Origin: Vermamoeba vermiformis
Lineage: Eukaryota
NCBI GenBank assembly: GCA_045837725.1
Contig: JBEWZL010000036.1
Location: forward strand, 62,001-126,000
Direction of reading: 5' to 3'
Length of the DNA: 64,000 bases
Within the stretch, counting starts at the first letter, position 1; each line of letters opens with the position of its first letter. The notes beneath the pieces are model-generated. The model was not told the DNA's origin. It saw only the letters and a list, made by a program, of their open reading frames with translations, and did not search any database. Positions 12,926 through 23,135 of the stretch are shown one piece after another. The position numbers were made by a program, and so were the translations under genes.

Positions 12926-15167
12926 ATGCTCCACAGGCTAACTCAATTAGTGCAGGTCAGATCCAATTGGTTTACAATCAAAATGAAAATTTAATTCTTA
13001 ATTTGCAATATTATTTCCCTATTATTCTTGATGCAATATTGTGTCCCTAAAAACATTCAGACCTTCTTATAATTTTGATAAATAATGGCGCTCGAAAAAA
13101 ATTTCAAAATAATAAACCCGTTGATTTCAGCGCACTGCAATACGCACGGCACGTGACAGCAGGCTAAATATAGTCGCAACTCCTGCGCGCAATCATTGCA
13201 CCTCTTCACGCACACGAAGCGCCGCGCGTTCGAGAACTAAAAATATGTTTGCCTCAATTAGGCAAGACTGTGCGGCACGTGATCGACGACAGTACTCCAG
13301 CGGTAAGTGTTTCCTAATTAGGCAATGCATTGCTGATCCTCATTGCAGCGAGTGACCCTCACATGCGCATTCGCAACTTGGAGAAGGTGGATGTGGATTC
13401 ACTGCACGCACACATGCAACAACTCGATCCCGTGGAGGTGAGTGCACTCCGAGGTCGGTGCTATATTTAGACTGACACGTGACAGCCAAAAGAGGCCACA
13501 GAACTGCAAGAGATCAAAGACCCCGCTCTCATCTTCGAGCGCGTGTGGCGCAAACTGGAAGCTAAATATAGCCGCGACATGATGCGATTTCCCAAAGAGA
13601 TGATCTTTCTCATGGGTACGTCACCTTGACACCTGTCATCACGATAGTTGCACTGTGACATTGACACGTGTCATTTGCAGGTGCGCCAGGCTCAGGTAAA
13701 GGCACGAACACGCCGTTCATTCTGCGCGAGAGGTAATTCACTGAACGACAAGTGACACGTGTCACACGCCGTACAGGACTGACAGCGCTATTTTTAGAGG
13801 CATCACCGCCCCGCCCATAGTGATGAGTGACTTGCTGACCGGTGCCGAGGCTGAACGACTCAAAGCTGGCGGTAATGATCTGGTCTATTTATAGTGCAGA
13901 CACGTAATCTCATTTCCTTATTTAGCAATGCTGGTGCCCGATGCCATTGTAGTGGAGATTTTCATGGAAAAACTGTTGCAACCAATCTACGAGAACGGCG
14001 TGGTGATCGATGGATTCCCGCGCACTCCTATTCAGGTACGTCACGTGCTCAGATCTATTTTTAGCATTGACACGTGTCAGGTCGAAGTGATCAAGTTGCT
14101 GCACGACAAGATGAAAGAATTGCAAAAAGAATTCGCAAACACGCCAGCGGAAAAATACATGCGCCGTCCAATGTTCCGCATCACCGTGCTGTTCGTGGAT
14201 GGTAAGTGTCAAACACAGCCCCGCGCGTGACTGACAGGTGTCAGACTTTGTGTCGGTGCAGCGTCAAATGCAGCGCGGACAGATGGTGAAGCAGCACAAC
14301 GAGAAGGTACTGCGCACGGGCATGGGCCAGCTCGTCACTGAGCGCGAGACTGACAAGAGCGAAGAGGTACGCTGTGATTGGCTGCGGCTATAATTAGACA
14401 CTGATCACGTGACACTGTCAGGCTGCACGAGCACGGTACGCGGTGTTCGCCAAGCACTACGACACGCTGACCTCGCTGAAGAAGTACTTCAAGTTCAACA
14501 TCATCAACGCGAGTGGCAGCATTGAGGAGGTGGAGCGCTCCATCATCAAAGAGTTCCGCTATCAGAGCGAGTTCGAGCTCGGAGAAGAGGCCTATGCTGT
14601 CGTCATGAAATTTCCCACGGTAATGTCACTGTGCTGTGCTGTGTTTGACACGTGTCACTAACTGACCTGCAGAGCACTGAAATGGGCAAGCACGCCAGAC
14701 AGGAGCTCGTGCGGAGATTAGGTGAGCTCTAGATCGATCGATCGGTGCGATGTGTAGCTGTCTCACTGTTCTATTTTTAGACGCCTATGCGAGTGATCAC
14801 CGCGGTCTGTTCCACCAAGTCAGCTACACACTCGAGCGCGAATTCTTGCCCGCCATTCGTCGTCATCAACTTGCGGGACGATGTTTCGTGCGCACCACTA
14901 GCCCGTAAGTGTATTGCCGAATTAGGAATGTCACTGACCAATGCTCGCAGACTATTTAAAGACACACTGGCCGTTGAAATGGCGATCGATCTGCTGTCCG
15001 AGCGCGGCTACGCAGTGGTGTGGGACCAACAAATCGAACACGTGCCGCACATGGCCAATCCCGTCACAGCACCGTTCAACAACTACTACCGCACACTCGA
15101 CGAGGGCATTTGCACCCACGTGTTCACGATTGAATGGAAGAAGCCAGTGATTCGCAACGACGAATAA
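12926..15167 (+). CDS. Adenylate/nucleoside monophosphate kinase-like protein with N- and C-terminal extensions
   Basis: EIKDPALIFERVW...RFPKEMIFLMGAPGSGKGT (P-loop), VIDGFPRTPIQ; Arg-rich presequence-like N-terminus. The start exon is inferred. Confidence 0.85.
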
Positions 15168-15330
15168 GACCTGTAGTTGCCGTGTACCATTAATATCTAT
15201 TCTAGCCATGCACGTGTACATGTGGTGTTCAATAATAGCACAGTAAATGCATCGAAAGAATATTGTTTATAGAGCTTTGTACAGTGATTGATTACAACAA
15301 TAAATAAGAAGTGTTCAGTGTGACAGTTGT

Positions 15331-18239
15331 CTACTGCTCATTGACAGGTGTCACTTCCACGTGTGCAGTGCTGTCGTGGCCAGGTGTCACTTCAGTCTCC
15401 GCAGACACGTGACTGACAGGTGTCTCCACGTGACTTTCACTGTGCACCACAATGGACGGTGTTTCCTGTGCAGGGTGTTCTTCAGCACGTGGGCTAGTTT
15501 TGGGTTCATTTGCAGCTGTCGTGCTGGCTGCAAAGATGTTCTGGAAATTCTGCGCGGGTCGAGGACGATTAGCAGGGATCGATGCCGTGGCTTGAGGCTC
15601 GGTGGCACTGCTGTCAAATGAGCTGCGTGAGGACTGCGGCGAGTTCGGCGAGGGCTGTCGCTCTTCGTGGCTGTGTTCGCTGTGTGACAAGGACTCGGGC
15701 TCAGCGCGCACAGTGAGATTGTTGTTGTTGCTGCCGTGTGCTCCCTCACCACGCTTCAGTTGAGGCAAGGCACGTGGTTTCTTCTCAGTGGGTGGACGGG
15801 GCGGGGCTGTGGAAGTGCGAGTGGCGCGGTGATCGAAGACATTGCCTGAACTCGAGCCTGTGCTGCCCAGTGCAGGACGTGAAGGCGGCGAGGGAGAGGT
15901 CGATGAAGGCAGCACAACACTGCTGGGGGCTGATGAGCCAGGCTCAGCGTGCACTTGTTGTGGCGAGTGCGGTGCGACGGAGATGGGTGCTGTGGAGCCA
16001 GGCTGCGCACTCGACACACTGCTCGGCTCTGAGGCGTGTGTGACGGGCACTGGACTGGACTCACGTGCCTTCTTCATGGCCGCCAGAGCCAGGTCTAGGT
16101 CAGCAGTGTAGGGCTCGAATATCTGCGGTGCGTGTTGAATCACAAAGTTGATGGCGGTGCGGGGCTCGAATGGATCTGCAGTGCTCAAGTCAACGCTCTT
16201 CGGGTACAAGATGTTCGGCGCTACTACTGTGGACAGCGCGACAGCACTCATCTTGTTCTGCGCCACGTGTTCAGTGACTCTGCAAACAACAATTAGTTCA
16301 AGTGACATGTTTGACACGTGTCATTTGCCCTACTTGACCAACAAGAGCATGACACGGTGCAGCACGAGTCTGTTGGGCAGTGGCAGTTGTTCGACCACTT
16401 TCTGCAGCTGTTCGATTTTCGTCTGTTCATTAGCCACGTCTGCACGATGTCAATTAGAAATCACTTTCCAAATATGGTAATGCAGTGTACGTACTATTCA
16501 CGGCAACTACAGCGTCGTATAAAGTAGTCGGAATAACAGGCTCGGGCAGTTCGCGCAAAAACATCTTGAGAAGTGCCGAGACCAAGTGCGGATCGGTCAC
16601 GTGACTGAAGTCCATGTTGCCTTCCTCGCAGTTGGCGCGCAGTGTCATCAACTCGGGCAGGGTCGGAGAGCGGCGGAATATGCCTTCCTCGTCCATGCCG
16701 TGCTGCTCTAAATATAGCACCGCTTGTTCGACGAGCAGCGGGTAGGGCAAGTTGTCCTGCAGACAGACCTGAGTGAGGGGCACGCCGAACACTTTGATGC
16801 CGCGCACTTGAGCACCGGGCTGCAGACTCTGTCTCTCGCGCATCAATCGGATGCTCTCGCGCTTGTCACGTGCTTCATTCGCGTGACGTTTGAACTCGTA
16901 CAGCGAGGGCAAGATCTCGTTCAAAAACTTGGCGCCGAACGAATAAAACTTGCGCTGAAGTTCGAGGTACTCCACTAGTGCTTCGAGTGCTTTGTAGTCC
17001 GCGACTGCATTGTAGTACTGCAGTGGTCATGATGATGCATTAGTTACTGCACGAGCATGAGTACAAAAGAAGGTACGTACCTTGATAGCTTCTACTGCAT
17101 CGACGTCCACTTTGTCAAAATTAGCTTGAGCTTCTTGCAGTCCTTGTTCAGCCTGGCTCGTGTTAGTAACCACGTGATTGCCAAATTAGGAAAATTCATG
17201 ACACACCTCTTTGATTTGTTTCTCTTTAGCCTTCTTATTGTTACGAACACTATTTAACTCGCTCGTAGCGCTCTCTAGTCGCGATTTAGCCTTTTCATGA
17301 CGACTCTTCTCGCTCTGTAATAAACTGCTATTAGAACCAAAAATCAAATTGAGGATCCGGCAGTTCAGCTGACCTTAGCTTCCTTGACTTCATTGTTTAA
17401 AATAGCTCGCAAAGGCTCTTCAACTTTTACAGGAATAGCATTTTGCTGCAGTGTAATACAGTATCAGTATTATCGCGTGACATTGGTGACCGTTTGACAA
17501 CTACGTACCATATCTTGTCGAATCTCTTGTAACAACTTGTGGAATTCAGACAATTTGAATAAACAGCCGGCTACATATGTACAAAATCAGTATTGATGCA
17601 TTCGTAATGTCGATCGGATTGCATCCGCAAAGTTATCGGCAGGTGCTTCAAATTACCTAGCAAGAAATTCTTAAGCTCCTCTTTGCTCGTAGTACACACG
17701 TCATTCACTACTGGTTCAAATTTTTCTTCGTTTTCGAAAGCGTCTGCGTGGATTAACAAGTTAACTTCTTAACATTCACAAAAGATTTCAATGCGGGAAT
17801 AATGATCGAGAAGATAGAACAATTTGAATTAATAAGAGCAAGGTCAAATTAAATACAATTGATTGATAATTTTGGCACCCATTGAAGTTGCCAATAAAAA
17901 AGATTTTTTGAATTTAATGTCGATTATATTTGGAATTTAATTAGACATACGCTTAACAGCCTTCTCCATCTTCGCAAAATCCTTTGCTATCACTTTCAAT
18001 CGCTCGCTGAAATTTTCGGTGGCAGTAACTTGATCTTCCAGTTCAGGATTCACTTGGATCGCACTCGTCGTACCTACGACTGGTGAGACAATATTACTAT
18101 CACTATCATTACCCTCTCGCGGTGATTTGTCTTTAGATTTTGGTTTGAGTATATTCATGATGCTCGATCTGCTCTTTTCTTTTTTAATGGCCGGTGCGGG
18201 CTCTGAGGCCACAGTATTGTTATTATTATTCTCTTCCAT
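15331..18239 (-). CDS. BAR-like helical domain + RhoGAP + Ser/Pro-rich disordered tail
   Basis: RhoGAP motifs VFGVPL...GMDEEGIFRRSP (Arg finger), DPHLVSALLKMFLRELPEPVIP, NKMSAVALSTVVAPNIL; N-terminal helical exons resemble a BAR domain. Confidence 0.88.
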
Positions 18240-18384
18240 GTTGCTTATAGGAGCTCAGCTTAACATATAGATTGGATAACAACGCCAATTTTCTGACGCT
18301 CCTGTGAAATTTCACTTGCCGCCGAGCAAAAGTAACCGTTGGGAAGAATTTTTTAAAACATTTTTATTGATTGGAAGCAACACC

Positions 18385-19623
18385 ATGAACGGGCAAAGGT
18401 ACCTACTTATCACACAATTGTCAAATGTCGAATTTGAGCTAACTATTTTTTTGCAGAACCCCTGCATCAGCTTTAAAGAAGGTAGTGCTTCAACAAAACG
18501 ATTATTTAGAATTTGGCAGAAATAATAACACCAAATATAATTCAGAGTGCGAGTAGAGTGCCAGTTCGAGCTGTCAGCAAGACTCCTGGACCTTCACGAG
18601 TGCAATCTGTAAGTCAACAAATCAACATAGCGCCGTTATTAATCGTATTTCTTATAGAGGTTATCATTATCTAAGTCTAAGTGAGTAATTTATGATTGCT
18701 GATCAATGAAATGCTAATAATCATAAAGAGTGGCTGGATCGAACACGAATGAAAATACAATCAACAATGTATCTCAATATAAGACTGATACGAGAGTCCA
18801 GACACCTGGTCGCGTATTAAAGGCACCGAGAGATGAATTTGAGGTTTGCCCAGTCTCCCTCAACTCCATTCTGACGAGCGAATCTGAGTCTGATCTCAAT
18901 ACACGCATGTCAATGTATAGTGCCACGCGAACTACGATAGCCTCGCGCCAAGTAAGCTTCAAAATAGACTTCAACATGTTGCCTCTAACGCATTCCAAAG
19001 AGTATACTGGCCTCGGGAGGAGCGCGTCGTGTCATATTGAAAAAGAATTCTCGAGTACCAAGCAGCGCAGTGAGTTCTAATGTAATCATTGTACTGTGAC
19101 ATCAGTATCTAACAATTGTATAGCCTCGAACCCCCAGTAGAGCAACATTAGCTGTCACAGATCCCATCTGGAAAGCAGCCTTGACGAAGAGTATCGAATA
19201 CATCGAGTCTACGACTCCGCGCAAGGTCAATACACCATGTAAGCTAACATTTTCTCCAATGAATCGCATTAACACTATGAATAGCACGCGTGACTGATCA
19301 CGGCTCTCGATTGTCCAGCCCGTTGGTAGATCTGAAAGCAGAAGGACTCAAAAAGCGATTGGCATTTAACGATGAGACTACAGAGCCTTCGAAACAAGAG
19401 ACAGCGGCCAATACAGCTAGAGGTTATTAGGGATGTAGCTGTTACGAAAACAGAATCCAATAATACTTCAGACGAATCCTTGGCAGACCAGATTCATCGA
19501 CAACTCGAGGAAGTTCGTCAACAACGTGCCATGTTGGAGGAGCGTATTAGGGCGTTAAATGATCGCGAGTCTGATCTTCTACAGCAGCTCGAACGCGCCG
19601 AAATGTTGCGCGATCTCATGTAA
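18385..19623 (+). CDS. Hypothetical multi-exon protein: basic, S/T-P-rich, with a C-terminal coiled coil
   Basis: ATG then GT-AG microexons (MNGQRTPASALKK / SASRVPVRAVSKTPGPSRVQS ...); last exon LADQIHRQLEEVRQQRAMLEERIRALNDRESDLLQQLERAE has heptad periodicity. Confidence 0.55.
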
Positions 19624-19808
19624 AATAGGTCCGAAGCTAATTCATTGAGTCTTAAGTGACTCAATCAAATGTAGTCAGCTAGTAAATGTATGTAATTAAG
19701 AATCACAGACACGTGATCAGAAAAAAATTGTCGGCATATTGTGCGGCCATCAATCAATTTGAATCGAATCTTTCTTGAACGACTCGAGCACAATAAGAAT
19801 ATTTAAAT

Positions 19809-22800
19809 ATGGGTTGCTCAAGTTCTGCTGCTCGCGAACCTCCATCAGTATGTCTCAAGTAGATCTCTGGAAATTTGATCGCGTATTCAAAATTAACTTA
19901 CTCCCATTTTCAATAATTATTTAAATTATATTCGGATAGCATAATGTTACTCAATCGAAATTACCCTTCACCGAAAGTAAGATCGGAAAGATTTTCTTAT
20001 TGAATGGATGCGAGAATCTTTTCACAGACAACTTCATTGCTGATTATTTTTATGATAGGACGATGAATTAAACAGAAGATTCTCTGCTCCACCTACTCCT
20101 CGCAGTGGTTCTCCTGGTATGCGAGTAGTTTTAGTCCCTGATATTTTAATTCTTCGACTATAGTAAATGGAGATTGATGTATATTCAATACATTAATATG
20201 GCATAACAATTATATTTATCACAATATTATGGAAATTTAATCTTTAATTTCTCAGGTACTGCCCGCCGTCAGGTCGAAAAACCTGTATTGGATCCGGTAC
20301 GTATAAATTCGAATTTACGAGAGTATAATAGCACTTTGATATGAATATTACTTGAAATTGAATTTCAATTATTATTCTTTTGAGAACATCAACTTGACAC
20401 GTGCAACTCGTGTTATAATCTCACGAACATGACACTAATGAGCCCTAAAAATAGACTCAGGGTGCTGCGACATCAACGAGCGGCAGTCAATCTCAGAGCG
20501 CAGAACAAGAACAGCGTGCTGCGGAATTAAAGCGCCAAGAAGAGCAAGCACGAGTTCAAAAGGAGAAAGACGCGGCTGAACGAAAGGCCCGTGAAGAAGA
20601 AGAGGCTCGTGTTCAGAAACAACGCGAGGCTGAACTCGCTGAAGAGGAGCACAAGCGCCAGGAGTTGTTGAAACAAGCCAAGCTGCGCGAAGAAGAGGCT
20701 GAAAGACTGCAGCGTGAAAAGGAGCAAGCTGAACGCAAGGCTCGCGAAGAAGAAGAGGCCAGACTTCAACACGAAAGAGCCCAAAAAGAAAAAGAAGAAG
20801 CTGAGCGCAAGGCTCGCGAAGAAGAAGAGGCTCGTCTTCAAAAGGAGAAGGAAGAGGCTGAACGCAAAGCCCGTGAAGAAGAGGAAGCTCGTGTTCAGAA
20901 AGAAAAAGAAGAGGCCGAACAACGACGTCTTGAAGAAGAGCGTCTAGCACACGAGAAGAAGCTTCAAGAAGAAGAGGCTGCAAGATTGCGCGAGAAAGAA
21001 GAAGCTGACAGACGGGCCCGTGAAGAAGAGGAGGCTCGCGTTCAACGTGAAAAGGAGGAAGCTGAGCGCAAGGCTCGCGAAGAGGAAGAGGCACGTCTTC
21101 AAAAGGAGAAGGAAGAGGCTGAACGTAAAGCCCGTGAAGAGGAAGAAGCTAGAATCCAAAAGGAAAAGGAAGAAGAAGAGGCCAGACTCCAACGTGAAAA
21201 GGAAGAGGCCGAGCGCAAGGCTCGCGAAGAAGAAGAAGCACGTGTTCAACGTGAAAAAGAGGAGGCTGAACGCAAAGCCCGTGAGGAGGAAGAAGCTAGA
21301 ATCCAACGTGAAAAAGAAGAAGCTGAACGTAAGGCCCGTGAAGAAGAGGAGGCTCGTCTTCAAAAAGAAAAGGAAGAAGAGGAGGCCAGACTCCAAAAAG
21401 AAAAAGAAGAGGCTGAGCGCAAGGCTCGTGAAGAGGAAGAGGCCAGACTTCAAAAGGAGAAAGAAGAGGCTGAACGTAAAGCCCGTGAAGAGGAAGAGGC
21501 TCGTATTCAAAAAGAAAAGGAAGAAGCTGAGCGCAAGGCTCGTGAAGAGGAAGAGGCTAGAGTCCAACGCGAGAAGGAGGAAGCTGAGAGAAAGGCTCGC
21601 GAAGAAGAAGAGGCACGTGTTCAAAAAGAAAAAGAAGAAGCTGAACGTAAGGCTCGCGAGGAAGAAGAAGCTAGAATCCAAAAGGAAGAAGAAGAGGCCA
21701 GACTCCAACGTGAAAAGGAAGAGGCCGAGCGCAAGGCTCGCGAAGAAGAAGAAGCACGTGTTCAACGTGAAAAAGAGGAGGCTGAACGCAAAGCCCGTGA
21801 GGAGGAAGAGGCACGTCTTCAAAAGGAGAAGGAAGAGGCTGAACGTAAGGCCCGTGAAGAAGAGGAAGCTCGTGTTCAGAAAGAAAAGGAAGAAGCCGAA
21901 CGCAAGGCTCGTGAAGAGGAAGAAGCTAGACTCCAACGTGAAAAAGAAGAAGCTGAGCGCAAGGCTCGTGAAGAAGAAGAGGCTAGAGTCCAAAAGGAGA
22001 AAGAGGAAGCTGAACGTAAAGCGCGCGAAGAAGAGGAGGCTAGAGTTCAACGCGAGAAAGAAGAAGCTGAACGCAAGGCTCGCGAAGAAGAAGAAACCAG
22101 AATCCAACAAGAAAAGGAAGAGGCCGAGCGCAAGGCTCGTGAAGAGGAAGAGGCTCGCGCCCAACAAGAGAAAGAGGAGGCTGAACGTAAAGTCCGCGAA
22201 GAAGAGGAGCTTCAAAAGCAAGAAGCTGAGCAACCCAGTGAGCAAACCACCGAGACTGCTGAGACTGAAACCGGTGAGCCTGCTGAAGGAGAAGAGACTG
22301 GTGAACAGTTGACCGAATCTGCCGTTGACTTGGCAGTGAGCGATCGTCCTCGTTTGCAAACTGCCAAGAAAGGTCGCGTTTTGAAGCGACAACCTACTTT
22401 GCGCGATCCTTCGCAAGTGTTAGTTGAAGAGCGTGAGAAGATGATTGAGGCTGGCGAGATTACGCGCAGTGAACTCAGCGTGTCAAAGATTGAAGACGAA
22501 GAAACTCCAACTGAAGAGGGTGCTCAAGAACAGCCTGCTGAAGAACCCAAAAGTGAGTGTACCGCGTATACTTCTACGAACTATAACTAACTGAGTGTGC
22601 TACAGAGAAGTACGTGCCCCCTGGTGCCAAGGGCATGAATCTGTTGGCGATGGTCGGTGCTCCTAAGGGAGGCATGCCCAAGCTGAAGAAGACCACCAAG
22701 ACGGAAGATGAGCCGCAAAAGGAAGAAGAGAGTGCGCCAGTGGACTTCAGAGCCAACTTGAAGAAGTCTGCCCCACCTGGTGCCGTCAAATTGCCTATGC

Positions 22801-22889
22801 CTGTCTTGCCGAAGAAGGCGTAAGTAGTCCTGATAATTATGAGTACTTGAACTGGTTGTTAATTTGATCTATTTAGTGATGACAATTAA
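19809..22889 (+). CDS. Charged-repeat (SAH-like) rod protein with an MGC N-terminus and a putative actin-binding C-terminus
   Basis: Exon 1 MGCSSSAAREPPS, two microexons, a long exon from ~20461 with 19-aa E/K/R repeats, then GMPKLKKT and VDFRANLKKS. Confidence 0.8.
20540..22210 (+). repeat. Coding tandem repeat, 57-bp / 19-aa unit (QKEKEEAERKAREEEEARL), roughly 25-28 copies, some truncated
   Basis: Directly visible in the DNA and in the 641-aa ORF; units vary mostly at synonymous positions. Confidence 0.95.
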
Positions 22890-23135
22890 GCGGTGCAGCA
22901 ATCATTCAACTAGCTACTGGACCATATTTAGGCTGCAATATCCCACGGTTGCAGCTGTTGATCACTGACACCTAAATTTTTGTTTTGTTTGTTTTGTTGC
23001 ATGACAATGTATAGTTTATAAATTAACCTCTTTCGCACACCTTGTTTGAATGCGACAGTTAGCGAACAATAGGCCATAAACATCTCCAACGGATATCCAG
23101 CACACAAAAAACAGAAGTCGTGAGGTAAGAGATAT

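Larger units (their letters stand above)
744..16323. repeat. Dispersed 12-bp palindrome TGACACGTGTCA (16 exact copies in this span, one more at 29121)
   Basis: Exact copies start at about 744, 7084, 7428, 8346, 11177, 11406, 11860, 11974, 12123, 12280, 12377, 13662, 13753, 14068, 14646 and 16312. Confidence 0.9.

Noticed and set aside
744-16323. TGACACGTGTCA as a MITE or transposon terminus
   Set aside because: No shared flanking or internal sequence, target-site duplications or transposase were seen.
18450-18600. FHA-like 'LEFGR' motif in the orphan gene
   Set aside because: That frame hits a stop and the segment is better explained as an intron.
20540-22210. Possible CRISPR-like or satellite array
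   Set aside because: No unique spacers; it is an in-frame coding repeat in a spliced eukaryotic gene.
20435-22416. Long antisense ORFs (219 and 490 aa, Phe/Leu/Ser-rich) and a 430-aa Lys/Arg-rich alternative-frame ORF
   Set aside because: Shadows of the purine-rich coding repeat; synonymous variation fits only the E/K/R frame.
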